From: Chlamydiota bacterium
GTDB taxonomy: Bacteria > Chlamydiota > Chlamydiia > Chlamydiales > SM23-39
Direction of reading: 5' to 3'
Assembly: GCA_048498835.1 (NCBI GenBank)
Contig: JBEHXF010000003.1
Location: 516-64,515 of the forward strand
Length of the DNA stretch: 64,000 nucleotides
Shown here one piece after another: positions 16,823 through 26,331 of this stretch. The notes under the pieces were generated by a model. The model was given only the letters and a program-made list of their open reading frames with translations. It made no database searches and was not told the origin of the DNA. Within the stretch, counting starts at the first letter, position 1, and the number at the start of each line of letters is the position of its first letter. A program made the translations under genes and the position numbers.

Positions 16823-16871
16823 GATAATACAGACCTGCACAGCTTAAGTTTGTTTTCACTTAGGAAAAGCT

Positions 16872-17108
16872 GTGAGCGCCGGGCATAATAGAAAACGAAC
16901 TAAAGTTAGAATCGAATTCGGTCAAACCGTTCGTCGAATGAGATATGCTTTGGATCTCTCAATCGAAAAGCTAGCGGAAAAGGCAAAACTTCATCCAAAT
17001 TATTTAGGTTCAGTAGAAAGAGGCGAACGAAACATAAGCCTCGAAAACATCTTGATTTTAGCAAGGGCGTTGGGATGCTCGCCCAAAGATCTAATGCCTA
17101 ATCAATAA
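16872..17108 (+). CDS. XRE-family HTH transcriptional regulator (cI/Cro-like)
   Basis: LSIEKLAEKAKLHPNYLGSVERGERNISLENILILARALGCSPKDL is a classic HTH_3 pattern. Confidence 0.85.
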   Translation: MSAGHNRKRTKVRIEFGQTVRRMRYALDLSIEKLAEKAKLHPNYLGSVERGERNISLENILILARALGCSPKDLMPNQ

Positions 17109-17323
17109 TAATTTCACCAATATTAAAGCCCAACTCTTTTCAGACTAAATTCAATTTAGGCTCGTGCATTTAGACCAGCGTGTGTCAGATCACTTTTTCG
17201 ATATCTGCGAATCGGAGTTATCCCACCTTAGAAAACCTTTTTATATAATATCGAATAACTCTCCCCATCCCTAGTCCCTATACCCCCTACTTTTACCAAA
17301 TTTCTATTAATGACGAAGGAAGA

Positions 17324-18331
17324 CTACAGCTTAGATTCCCAGTATCTCCTTCCTTCCTCAAACCACTGACTAGGGTTAATTCCATCAAGTAGAAACGAGT
17401 CTGCTGGGGACTTTCGGGTATTGGCCGGCCAAGCGCGGAGTTGAGGGAAAGCTTTACGCCACCAGTCATATTGGACTCGGCCGGCTTCATCTGTATCAAG
17501 AGCATAAAGAATCAACTTCCTTTGATCGAGCCATTCACTTGTAAAAGCGTCGGGCTTTTTCCCTGCACCCCCTAAGGCAATAGACGTACAAAACTCACCA
17601 ATTTCCTGAAGTAGGAACATTGCATCAAATTCACTCTCTACTAGAATAGCTACTTGATTCGCTAAGTACCCAAAAAACGGCATCACATTAGAGCTTCCAG
17701 GTATTTGGTTATACTTAGGCCATCTATCCCCTTCTTTCCAGTCATACCTACGAATCTTTATCGCGCTCACCTGTCCTTGATGATACGAAGGAATAACAAT
17801 CCCCCTGGGCAAGCAAAGCTTTGAGCTCCCAATATCTCCATTGAGTCCCCAGTCGGCTCTCATCGGAAACGCATCAACAGGATTGAAGCCTATGCGAAAT
17901 CTTCGTATTGAATACTGCGTAAGCCCCCGACTCTTGCTAATCTGCCTCAGAACCACAGAATCCTTCAAAAGCCTTTCATTTGCAGATTCAACGAAAACCT
18001 CTGCCCTTTTATTCCAAGATTGAGAGGGTGCAAAAGTTTGATTTCTCACTGGATCCCCAACCTGAGCCATTAATTGGGGCTTGCCCGCCTTATTGCATGC
18101 TTCATTGAAGTTGCATCCCATGAACTCCATGCAAAATTTAATCGTATCGCCCTTTCGCCCGCACCGCCGGCACAGATATCTCCCTTTCCCCTGCCAATGA
18201 GGTTGAATTATGAATCTATCTTTCCCTCCACAAGCGGGACAAGGCCCATGCCATTCTCCACCAGCAGCAGAAGATGTCTTTTTGGTCGAACACCCTACAG
18301 CCTCTGCTAGCCCTATTAAACTCATATTCAT
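17324..18331 (-). CDS. DNA primase-like protein (Zn-ribbon + Toprim)
   Basis: GPCPACGGKDRF..LCRRCGRKGD is a zinc ribbon. Toprim Glu (ILVESEFDA) and DxD (LDTDEAG) are present. Confidence 0.75.
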   Translation of the reverse strand: MNMSLIGLAEAVGCSTKKTSSAAGGEWHGPCPACGGKDRFIIQPHWQGKGRYLCRRCGRKGDTIKFCMEFMGCNFNEACNKAGKPQLMAQVGDPVRNQTFAPSQSWNKRAEVFVESANERLLKDSVVLRQISKSRGLTQYSIRRFRIGFNPVDAFPMRADWGLNGDIGSSKLCLPRGIVIPSYHQGQVSAIKIRRYDWKEGDRWPKYNQIPGSSNVMPFFGYLANQVAILVESEFDAMFLLQEIGEFCTSIALGGAGKKPDAFTSEWLDQRKLILYALDTDEAGRVQYDWWRKAFPQLRAWPANTRKSPADSFLLDGINPSQWFEEGRRYWESKL

Positions 18332-18349
18332 TTCGATACCTGAGACATT

Positions 18350-18535
18350 TGCGACTTGCGACAGACGTTTAGTTTTTCATTGAGAAAAGTGTCTTCAGTA
18401 GAAATGCGACACCCCTGCGTCTGTCTGCGACAAAAAATCCAATGTCGCAGTGTTGTCACATGAGTGTCACAATTCTCATTTTATCAATTTGCTATAGTGT
18501 GGTTGCTTTGATTGTCGCATGTCGCAACTGTCACC
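18350..18535. repeat. Array of TGCGAC(A)/TGTC(G/A)CA heptamers (iteron-like)
   Basis: Forward copies at 18350, 18357, 18405, 18426. Inverted copies at 18443, 18454, 18465, 18513, 18520, 18529. Confidence 0.6.
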
Positions 18536-20094
18536 GGCTCCCAGAGATTATTCTTGCCAGGTACTGGCCGAATCCATCCGTGCTCTAAAAGAATTCCCAC
18601 CATTTGTTGGGCTTTCTTTTTGTTGCGAACTCTTGGAGGACCTTCACGGTAGATATCTCGTAAATTAAATGATCTGACTCTTCGCTTCTTTAAGAAGTCA
18701 TATACTTTTTGAGCCAGCTCTAGTTCTTCATCTTGTTCCGCAACACCCAGAATACGAAGAGCTTCATCTAAGTACCAATTTAAGATTGCGATGGCTCTTT
18801 GCATAGTCTCTTTTGCAATTTGAATAGCATTAAGATCGGCGAATGCTTCTAGAATTCCAGCAAGCCTGAGAGCATGCTCCCCTGCTTTTTTGGCGAATGA
18901 ATAGATTGGGTAGTATCGTCCTGTAGCATGCAATTCTGATTCTACTTCACTATAGAACCTTTCCCACTTATTCTGAGCTTCTAAAGAAAGGCCTAAAGGT
19001 CGGGGATGTAGCTCATTTTGAGTTTCTTTTTTAAGAGGAAAAGGCGTGTCTAAGATTTCAGAGGATTTCGACCAAAAAGCCTGTAATGCACGGCTTTGAG
19101 TCAAGTCCTCCTTCTCATAGAAAGGAAGTCCACCAACCTGCTCTGGAAATGCTATCAAGAATCTTGCAAGGATTCCCTGATCTCGAACTATGGGGATCCC
19201 AATAATTTTTCGAAATACCGAAGGCTGTACCATGAAATGGACGGATAACCGCTTTCCATAAAGCTGGATGCGCTCCTCACAACGAATCCGGGTAATAGGC
19301 CCATCGGCATCCCATAACTTCGATAAGCATGCGATTGTTTTAATTGAGTTTTCTTGATTCATCGAGAAGCCACCAAAGAATCTAGCTCCTTCATCGCTAA
19401 AAAGCCCTTGAGAGGCTCGCCCTAAATGAAAAAGCCTCTGCAGCCCCTCAATTGAGGGTTCTTCACATTTGATAACTGGTTCAAGGGGAAGTTTGGGTTC
19501 AGGATCTGAAGTTAGTTGGGATTCCATCTCATCAGAGCACAAACGAAGAATCTGTTTTCTTCTAGCAAGCCAAGCCTGATGGAGATTCCGATATTTGACC
19601 ATCTCAGCATCAAATTCAAGTTTCAGCACTTCCTCCTCGTAAATACGAATAGCTCTTAGCGCTAGTTTATCAACCGAGCTTTTACGGTCTCCACTCACCG
19701 CTACAGATAAAAAATATCCTGAAAGCGGAATTAGACGACTATCGATGGCTACGTTTCGATGCCCTTGGACACAAAGTGCTGCTGAGGCAAGAAATGACCC
19801 AGCGCAAATAGAATCAGGGGCCTTAACTACTTCTATAACTTTTTGAACTGCATCAAACAAGACTGGTCCAAGAGCCCAAACAGGAAAGGGCCTGGGAGGA
19901 AGATTCTCTCGCTGTAAAGGCAAAGGCTCTTCAGTCTGCTGCTTTTCAGCAAATGCCTTCTCAAGCTCGTCAGCTTGTTTTTTTGAATTGTTGAAATTTC
20001 TATCTTGAGCGGTGTAAGATATTAGATCGCTGTTATTTTCTATATTATCAAGCGGAGCCGACCCTAAATCGGCTCCTTTTTTTAGATCAATCAT
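18484..20094 (-). CDS. DUF3987/YfjI-like protein (putative replicative helicase-like protein of integrative elements)
   Basis: 536 aa. Its position between the Xis-like gene and the primase, its size and its general pattern (..FPVWALGPVL..; ..SVAVSGDRKS..; ..LFSDEGARFFGG..) resemble DUF3987 proteins as I remember them. Confidence 0.5.
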   Translation of the reverse strand: MIDLKKGADLGSAPLDNIENNSDLISYTAQDRNFNNSKKQADELEKAFAEKQQTEEPLPLQRENLPPRPFPVWALGPVLFDAVQKVIEVVKAPDSICAGSFLASAALCVQGHRNVAIDSRLIPLSGYFLSVAVSGDRKSSVDKLALRAIRIYEEEVLKLEFDAEMVKYRNLHQAWLARRKQILRLCSDEMESQLTSDPEPKLPLEPVIKCEEPSIEGLQRLFHLGRASQGLFSDEGARFFGGFSMNQENSIKTIACLSKLWDADGPITRIRCEERIQLYGKRLSVHFMVQPSVFRKIIGIPIVRDQGILARFLIAFPEQVGGLPFYEKEDLTQSRALQAFWSKSSEILDTPFPLKKETQNELHPRPLGLSLEAQNKWERFYSEVESELHATGRYYPIYSFAKKAGEHALRLAGILEAFADLNAIQIAKETMQRAIAILNWYLDEALRILGVAEQDEELELAQKVYDFLKKRRVRSFNLRDIYREGPPRVRNKKKAQQMVGILLEHGWIRPVPGKNNLWEPVTVATCDNQSNHTIAN

Positions 20095-20312
20095 TAGTTC
20101 CCCCTCGCAATATTGGTTTCTTTGCTTTTTTCTAAATAAGAGAGAAAGGCCTCTTCATCTAGAAGAATAAGCCGACCTAACTTGCAGACAACCTGCTTTC
20201 TAAAACCTCTTCGGTCTTTAAAAAGTAAGTTTTTCAGCATGTTCTTAGTAAGAAAGGGGTATTTTTCGATCGCTTGCTTTTTTGTGAGGTAAGATTTTGA
20301 ACTACTCTCCAC
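20094..20312 (-). CDS. Excisionase/AlpA-like HTH protein
   Basis: 72 aa. YLTKKQAIEKYPFLTKNMLKNL....KLGRLILLDEEAFLSYLE. The stop overlaps the start of the downstream gene. Confidence 0.6.
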   Translation of the reverse strand: MESSSKSYLTKKQAIEKYPFLTKNMLKNLLFKDRRGFRKQVVCKLGRLILLDEEAFLSYLEKSKETNIARGN

Positions 20313-20436
20313 CAGTCCTCCTGGGTTAGATGGTTTACTGACTTCTCGTGCCGGAGAATTCCTTAAAAAACCAAAACGAACTCAAGATTAATCAGGATTG
20401 CAAAGCGCCAAAACGTCTTTGATTGGGGCAAAATTT

Positions 20437-21390
20437 TTAGGTATAAATACTACCATTAGTCAAGTAAGCCTCTTCAAGCCATTTTCTAGTAACCCACTGC
20501 ATGATTTGACAAAGGACAGGATGGAATGCGAATCTTTGTGTGAAAAGCTTAACAAACTTTGAGTGAATAATTTCATTCAAAGTCCACCCTAAAACCTTTA
20601 GAATTCTCGTTAAACTAGACAGGGCAAATCTAATAGCCAAAAAATTCACTCCTCTTTCAGAAAATATCTCAGGAATCTCTACAGGCTCTCCAAGAGGCAA
20701 GCCTTTTATCAGCCGATGATCGCGCTTCTTCCTTTTTTCGGGCAAAAGCGGGAAAACGGGCCTCACCCAGTTTTGGACATTACGAGTGTTCCTCCCTTGC
20801 AACTCTAAAAGATCAAAGAAAGGAGATCGTTTGCTCAACAACTCTTGCGTCAGATCGGCAATTGTTCTTACACTCTCCCCACGCAAATCGAACAAAACTT
20901 GAGCTGCACATTGTACTGCAATCACATGCTTTTGGGGCAAAGACAACCCTGAGCGATCTCTATGGAGGCCCACTCTCTCAAACACATCTTTCTCATATCC
21001 CTGAAGCGAGACATCCTGTTCTAAAGCAACCTTAAAAAAGCCAAACCAGTCTGATTGTTCATTTATAACTTTTTGTTTTGAGAAGCGCTTTTCACACAAC
21101 ACAAGAGAACGTACAAGAGACTCACTGCTTGTATCCTTTTTTAAGGTCTTTTTTCCCTCAATTTCATATGTTAAACCAAAAAAACTCTTCTCCAGTCCAT
21201 CTAAAACTTCAATCAATTGCTCCATAAACCCATCCGCAGGGTATAGACTTAGAAGCATCTCTGTTGGTGCTGATAAGGACAGTTCTGGGAAATGATTGGT
21301 CGATTTTTCTAATGCAGAAATTGCTTTAATATCTTCCTCGATTTGTTCTTTTAATTCAGACGATATAGCCAAATGCTTTAGATCACTCAT
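20437..21390 (-). CDS. Hypothetical protein (island-encoded)
   Basis: 317-aa ORF whose start overlaps the integrase stop by 8 nt. No motif recognised. Confidence 0.55.
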   Translation of the reverse strand: MSDLKHLAISSELKEQIEEDIKAISALEKSTNHFPELSLSAPTEMLLSLYPADGFMEQLIEVLDGLEKSFFGLTYEIEGKKTLKKDTSSESLVRSLVLCEKRFSKQKVINEQSDWFGFFKVALEQDVSLQGYEKDVFERVGLHRDRSGLSLPQKHVIAVQCAAQVLFDLRGESVRTIADLTQELLSKRSPFFDLLELQGRNTRNVQNWVRPVFPLLPEKRKKRDHRLIKGLPLGEPVEIPEIFSERGVNFLAIRFALSSLTRILKVLGWTLNEIIHSKFVKLFTQRFAFHPVLCQIMQWVTRKWLEEAYLTNGSIYT

Positions 21391-22438
21391 TCTGGACTCC
21401 TTGGAAGATTTGTTCTGACATTTTGGATACTGCGTCTACCGACCGTGATTCAATAAGATGAGCGTACCGCCGTGTCATCGAAACACTCCGATGCCCTAGC
21501 AGATGCCCGATTTCCCCTAAAGAAAGCCCCTGTGCCAGCATTTCGGTAGCGTATGAGTGGCGTGCATCATGTGGTCTAAAATCTATCAATCCAGCACGTT
21601 TAATGGCTGTTTTAAGGGCTCTTCGGAATTCGAGCGGAGAGCCGCTATTTTGGCCTGGGAAGATATAGCCAAGCGAGGTTGCTTGGGATGCGAGAGTCCT
21701 TAAGAGCTCCAGAGCCAGACCTCGGATAGGAACAGAGCGCATATCGGAGTTTTTTGACTTGGTGATGGTAATCTTCCCCTGTGTGAGCTCAACATCTATC
21801 CACTTGAGACAGCGAATTTCGTTATAACGGCAGCCTGTACTTAAGAGAAGTACAACGAAGGTGAAGAGATAGGGATTACTGCTCTCTCGGCAGGCATCAA
21901 GAAAGCGAGAGCGCTCAGTGGGGGTAAGGAAGCGAGTGCGTTCACGAGATTCTTTCTCTCTAGAGATCTTGCGAACAGGATTTTCTACGATCCACTCCCA
22001 TTGCTTAACACAGATGCTCAGGAGGTGACTGAGAGTGGCTAAGAAACGATTACATGTGCTACCTGTACGCACCTTGCCTTTTGAATTGCGTTCAGTGAGA
22101 AGTTTTTGTTTCTTCTCAGCGATAAGGGATGGCCGGACATCTTGGAGATAGAGATTGCCTAGCTCTGCCCGCCACCAGTTTAGGTGGCCTTGTTTGGCGG
22201 TAGTGACCTTCTGCTCTTTGCAATAACGCTCCACAGCATCTTGAAAGGTACGGCGGCGAGCTTCTGGGTAGAGCTGTTGACGACCGCAGCGGATATCGGC
22301 TTCTGTCTTCTGAATCCATGCCTTGGCATCGGTCTTACGGTCAAACATGGCAGTGAGTGTTGGATGGCCTTTGAGGCGAACTTCTGCTTGGTAGCGTGTG
22401 CCACCGTCTTTGAGGGATCTTTCTCTGATATGACCCAT
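21383..22438 (-). CDS. int: Tyrosine recombinase / phage-type integrase
   Basis: Start taken at MGHIRERSLKDGGTRYQAEVRLKG (typical integrase N-terminus). Catalytic region LLSTGCRYNE..HDARHSYATEML..LLGHRSVSMTRRYAHL (R..H.R..Y). The ORF-track extension to 22651 is unlikely. Confidence 0.9.
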   Translation of the reverse strand: MGHIRERSLKDGGTRYQAEVRLKGHPTLTAMFDRKTDAKAWIQKTEADIRCGRQQLYPEARRRTFQDAVERYCKEQKVTTAKQGHLNWWRAELGNLYLQDVRPSLIAEKKQKLLTERNSKGKVRTGSTCNRFLATLSHLLSICVKQWEWIVENPVRKISREKESRERTRFLTPTERSRFLDACRESSNPYLFTFVVLLLSTGCRYNEIRCLKWIDVELTQGKITITKSKNSDMRSVPIRGLALELLRTLASQATSLGYIFPGQNSGSPLEFRRALKTAIKRAGLIDFRPHDARHSYATEMLAQGLSLGEIGHLLGHRSVSMTRRYAHLIESRSVDAVSKMSEQIFQGVQNE

Positions 22439-22659
22439 TTCGACTTCCTTACAAGCGTGACGATAGATGGTCCTTGGATAAGACGATCTTCGCGCTTGAA
22501 TTTCAGTTAGTTGAAAAGGATGTTCACATGATTGCCGTAAAGATAACGGAACCGACATCCTGCTTGGGTAATTTAAGGATTTTCCGTACTCCGGCAAGAT
22601 TACGGCATTTGGAGTTTTGGGGCGGTTTTTTTGAACCATTTTTAACCCCATTTTCTATA

Positions 22660-22710
22660 GAGAAACTCCGGGTGTATGATTCGAACATACGACCAATGGA
22701 TTAACAGTCC
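22660..22710 (-). repeat. att repeat (right end of island) within tRNA-Asn
   Basis: Matches 13842-13892. Covers 6 nt 3' of the tRNA plus tRNA positions 28-72. Confidence 0.9.
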
Positions 22711-22737
22711 ACTGCTCTACCACTGAGCTAACCCGGA
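22666..22737 (-). tRNA. tRNA-Asn (anticodon GUU)
   Basis: The reverse complement folds as UCCGGGU-UA-GCUC-AGUGGUA-GAGC-A-GUGGA-CUGUUAA-UCCAU-UGGUC-GUAUG-UUCGAAU-CAUAC-ACCCGGA-G. 72 nt, CCA not encoded. Confidence 0.9.
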
Positions 22738-22834
22738 ATGAAAACGAAGGATCAGTGTAAAGTACCTAAGGATTAATTGCAAAGAGTTCGTTTCTAGCTT
22801 GGAGAAAATCGGGCTGTGAGGCTACTCTGGAGCC

Positions 22835-25024
22835 ATGTCTGAGCAGCTGAACGGTTTTATCGACTCCATTGTCTATGTACAGCCCGAAAATGGCTTTACG
22901 GTCGCTAGGCTGAAGGAGCCTAAAAAGAAAGATTTAATTGTCATCGTCGGCAAGTTGCCTTCGGTACAACCGGGAGAGACGGTGAGCTGCCAGGGCGTCT
23001 GGAAGACCCATCCCTCTTATGGTCGGCAATTCGAGGTAAGTGAATATGTCGTGGAGAAGCCGACCGATCTGATGGGCATCCAAAGGTATTTGGAATCGGG
23101 CTTTATTAAGGGTATTGGGCCCTCGTATGCAGAGAAAATTGTCGATCGATTTGGGACTGAGACACTGGATGTGCTGGACAATGCGCCTCATAGGCTGGCC
23201 GAGATTGAGGGGTTAGGGACGAAGAAAATCAAAAATATCAAAGAGAGCTGGAAAGCGCAGAAAGCTGTGCGGGAAGTGATCTTGTTTTTACGGACCTATG
23301 GGGTAAGTCCCGCGTTTGCGATGCGGATTTATAAGGCGCTGGGCGAAGCGGCGATCCAGAAAGTGAAGGAAAATCCCTATCGGCTGGCGAAGGATGTGCA
23401 TGGCATTGGGTTTAAGATCGCCGATGCCATTGCTCTTAAGATCGGCTTTCCCCTCCACTCCTCGCCGAGGATTGCGGCGGGGATCGAGCATGTGCTGTTG
23501 GAGCTGAGTGGAGATGGGCATACGTGCTTTCCGATGGTTGACTTCGTCCCGTTGGCTAAAGCGGCTTTAGAGGTCGAAGAACAGCTGATCGAACAAGAGA
23601 TCAAGCGGCTGGTCGAAAACCAGTCGTTGGTGCAGCAAGAGGGCTTTTTATGGCTCGGACCTTTTTGGGGTTATGAGCAGAGCATTGGAAAGGATCTGCA
23701 GCGACTGATTCATAGCCCACAGGCGATCCGGTCGATCGATGCGAAAAAAGCAGCCGATTGGGTGGAAGGGATTTTGCATATCCAATTTGCTGAACAGCAA
23801 AAAGAGGCGGTCATCGCGGCCCTGACAGATAAGGTACATATCATCACGGGCGGTCCTGGCACTGGTAAAAGCACGATCACCAACTCAATTTTGGGGATCA
23901 CATCGAAATTAACCGAGAAAATTTTGCTCGCGGCTCCGACGGGGCGCGCTGCGAAACGGCTCTCGCAAATTACGAAGAAGAAGGCTTTCACCATCCACGC
24001 GATGCTCGAGATGGATTTCGAATCGGGTGGCTTTAAAAGAGGCAAAGACAATCAGCTCGATTGCGATCTGTTGATCATCGATGAGGCGAGTATGATCGAC
24101 ACTCCCCTGCTCTATTATCTTTTAAAGGCGATCCCCAATCGCGCGCGAGTTCTCTTTGTCGGTGACATTGACCAATTGCCGAGTGTTGGGCCGGGCTGCG
24201 TGCTAAAGGACCTCATTGCGTCGGGTTTAATTGGTGTGACCCGGCTGACAGAGATTTTCCGCCAAGCAAAGGGCTCTAAAATCATCACCAATGCTCACAA
24301 AATCAACAACGGTGAGTTCCCCGATCTTTTTACCCATGAAAGAAGCGACTTTCATTTTATTGAAGCCGAGACTCCCGAAGGAATCCAAGAGATCATCTTG
24401 CGTCTCGTATCGACGGAAATACCGAAGACTTGGAATTTTGATCCGATCGAAGATATCCAAGTCCTCTCTCCGATGAAGCGCGGGGCGATTGGGGTCGAAT
24501 TGATGAACGACTCGCTCCAAAATCTGCTCAATCCATCGAAGAATCCCCTTCTTCGCTCAGGGCGAAGGCTGAGTCAGGGGGATAAAGTAATGCAGATCAA
24601 AAACAACTACGACAAGAAAATTTATAACGGCGACATCGGTCGAGTCGAAAAAATTGACCTACACGAGCAGGTCCTCACCGTTCTTTTTGACGATAAACCG
24701 ATTGAATACGAGTTTTCCGAGCTAGAAGAGCTTGTCCTAGCCTACGCTACCTCGATCCATAAGTTTCAAGGAAGCGAGTGCCCTTGTGTGATCATCCCGG
24801 TCCACACTTCCCACTTCAAAATGCTCCATCGCAACCTCCTCTACACCGGAGTGACTCGGGGCAAAAAGCAGGTCTATATTGTGGGAACCAAAAAAGCGAT
24901 TGGAATCGCGATTAATAACGACCAGGTTCAAAAGCGGCACACCGGTCTGATCAAGGCGCTAAAAGCTGCGCCGAAACCAGCGGGTCCTTCAGCGACTCAA
25001 CTCGATTTCAGCTCACTCAAATAG
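22835..25024 (+). CDS. recD: RecD2-type SF1 ATP-dependent DNA helicase
   Basis: ITGGPGTGKST (Walker A), LLIIDEASM, FVGDIDQLPSVGPG, ATSIHKFQGSE, LLYTGVTRGKK. Confidence 0.9.
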   Translation: MSEQLNGFIDSIVYVQPENGFTVARLKEPKKKDLIVIVGKLPSVQPGETVSCQGVWKTHPSYGRQFEVSEYVVEKPTDLMGIQRYLESGFIKGIGPSYAEKIVDRFGTETLDVLDNAPHRLAEIEGLGTKKIKNIKESWKAQKAVREVILFLRTYGVSPAFAMRIYKALGEAAIQKVKENPYRLAKDVHGIGFKIADAIALKIGFPLHSSPRIAAGIEHVLLELSGDGHTCFPMVDFVPLAKAALEVEEQLIEQEIKRLVENQSLVQQEGFLWLGPFWGYEQSIGKDLQRLIHSPQAIRSIDAKKAADWVEGILHIQFAEQQKEAVIAALTDKVHIITGGPGTGKSTITNSILGITSKLTEKILLAAPTGRAAKRLSQITKKKAFTIHAMLEMDFESGGFKRGKDNQLDCDLLIIDEASMIDTPLLYYLLKAIPNRARVLFVGDIDQLPSVGPGCVLKDLIASGLIGVTRLTEIFRQAKGSKIITNAHKINNGEFPDLFTHERSDFHFIEAETPEGIQEIILRLVSTEIPKTWNFDPIEDIQVLSPMKRGAIGVELMNDSLQNLLNPSKNPLLRSGRRLSQGDKVMQIKNNYDKKIYNGDIGRVEKIDLHEQVLTVLFDDKPIEYEFSELEELVLAYATSIHKFQGSECPCVIIPVHTSHFKMLHRNLLYTGVTRGKKQVYIVGTKKAIGIAINNDQVQKRHTGLIKALKAAPKPAGPSATQLDFSSLK
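24959..25017 (+). repeat. recD 3'-end segment, copy 1 (native)
   Basis: ctaaaagctgcgccgaaacc(a/g)gcgggtccttcagcgac(t/c)caactcgatttcagctcact recurs at 26825-26883. Confidence 0.85.
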
Positions 25025-25460
25025 CAGCCTCTTTCATTTCTGCAGCAACTTCATTAGATGGAGAAATAAACTCAATATTACGTGCTCTTGCTATTTCCCT
25101 TGCTTTATCTGAGGCTTTTTGAAGAGTGTCTCCACTACCTAATAATTCTGTTTTAACGGAAACATGATCGGGATTAGAGAGTTGAAAGATATAATAACGA
25201 TCAATAGCAAAAACAGCTGTAAGCACACTGTTACCACGAACAAAAGGGGTGCCATGGAGTTTTGATAAAGATTGAGCATGTTCAATTGCTTTTTTCTTTG
25301 TGACAAAACTTCCTTTGTCATCTCTTTCTACGGAAGATAAGATTACCTTTTTATTTTCAAATTTCGGAAATTTATTTTTCACAACATAGAAATCCCCTAT
25401 ATCTTCATCAACGGTTAAATATTCGACTCTGGAATGCTTTGAGGTTCCTAAAACTGACAT
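25017..25460 (-). CDS. Hypothetical protein, paralogue A (of 28040-28483)
   Basis: Start set at MSVLGTSKHS by alignment with paralogue B (MSVSETSKHP). Shared VILSSVE..KGSF..K.EAI..AQSL.KL.G..(F/Y)(V/I)R..SV.TAVFA(I/L)DRYY(I/V)FQLSNPD and an identical C-terminus SNEVAAEMKEAAI. The stop overlaps the recD stop by 8 nt. Confidence 0.65.
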   Translation of the reverse strand: MSVLGTSKHSRVEYLTVDEDIGDFYVVKNKFPKFENKKVILSSVERDDKGSFVTKKKAIEHAQSLSKLHGTPFVRGNSVLTAVFAIDRYYIFQLSNPDHVSVKTELLGSGDTLQKASDKAREIARARNIEFISPSNEVAAEMKEAAI

Positions 25461-25482
25461 AGATTCTCCGAATTTAAAGTAA

Positions 25483-26331
25483 CTATTTTTCAAGAATTGC
25501 GAGTGTTTCATCAAGGAAATTTTTATGGGCGTAAAATTTTCTGATCTCGTCTCGCTCATTTTTATACTTGCTGACTAGCTGTTCGCTTTCGTTTCTATCA
25601 AACATAACAAAGATGGGGAGGCGGAAAGGAACGTTATTGAGATAATATTCAGCCCTAACTCTCGGATCGTTATTTTCGGAAGCGAGGTATTCCTCTTGGA
25701 GCGTTCCGCTTGCCCTTTCCTTAAATAACTGTTCAAATATTCTTCCGTTTTCAATGCCGTAACCCAAGAGGATTCCCTGGCAAATGAAATCATTGAACAC
25801 CCTTTTCCAAAATTCATGTTTTCCCGTTCGTAGGTGTTCAATTTCCCGAACTGGATCGAAATCTCCTGCGAAAGCAAATTCATGATAGTGGTTCTTCATA
25901 GCTTGTAGGGTCAGTTCGGTATTCAAAAATACTAGCAGACTGTAACTCTCGCAATTTACTTCCGTTAGAATAAACCGTTTAGAGAGAGTAAGAGGCTTTT
26001 GCTTTAGGAGATCCCACCCCTCTTCCAAATATCTTTCTATTTCAATTGTTGAAAGATCAGGATGTGCAGCTAAGTATTCTTGCAACTGTTGGGAATTTTC
26101 AGGAGACATATCGACCAGATCTTCGACAGTAGCCGGTTTTGAACCTAAAAGAGTGTAGGCTCCTCCATGTTCCAACAAAAGCTCCTGAAAAAAGTGGGTA
26201 AGTGTCTCACGCTCTTTTCTACTCAATGCGCTCTTATAGGAACAATTACAGAGAAGAATTGACAAAAACAAAATCGAGATGAGAGAGTATCCACCTTTAA
26301 TCTTTTGAATGGAGAAAAGACGTGAAATCAT
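25483..26331 (-). CDS. Hypothetical protein with N-terminal hydrophobic anchor/signal
   Basis: 282-aa ORF with N-terminus GGYSLISILFLSILLCNCS. No catalytic motif recognised. Confidence 0.55.
   Translation of the reverse strand: MISRLFSIQKIKGGYSLISILFLSILLCNCSYKSALSRKERETLTHFFQELLLEHGGAYTLLGSKPATVEDLVDMSPENSQQLQEYLAAHPDLSTIEIERYLEEGWDLLKQKPLTLSKRFILTEVNCESYSLLVFLNTELTLQAMKNHYHEFAFAGDFDPVREIEHLRTGKHEFWKRVFNDFICQGILLGYGIENGRIFEQLFKERASGTLQEEYLASENNDPRVRAEYYLNNVPFRLPIFVMFDRNESEQLVSKYKNERDEIRKFYAHKNFLDETLAILEK

Larger units (their letters stand above)
13842..22710. mobile_element. 8.8-kb integrative element (genomic island) inserted in tRNA-Asn
   Basis: 51-bp direct repeats at both ends. A tyrosine integrase lies next to the intact tRNA. 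The element carries Xis-like, helicase-like, primase, XRE and hicAB genes. Confidence 0.85.

Noticed and set aside
16749-16859. N-terminal extensions proposed by the ORF track here, and likewise at 25461-25559, 46192-46320 and 60389-60439.
   Set aside because: In each case an internal ATG gives a better start: an RBS plus signal peptide, agreement with a paralogue, or the canonical L13 N-terminus. The internal starts also remove overlaps with neighbouring genes.
22439-22651. 71-codon N-terminal extension of the integrase ORF, and the overlapping ORFs at 22116-22704.
   Set aside because: The extension resembles no integrase sequence and runs almost up to the att repeat. MGHIRERSL.. is the typical integrase N-terminus. 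The other ORFs are antisense or out of frame within the integrase gene.
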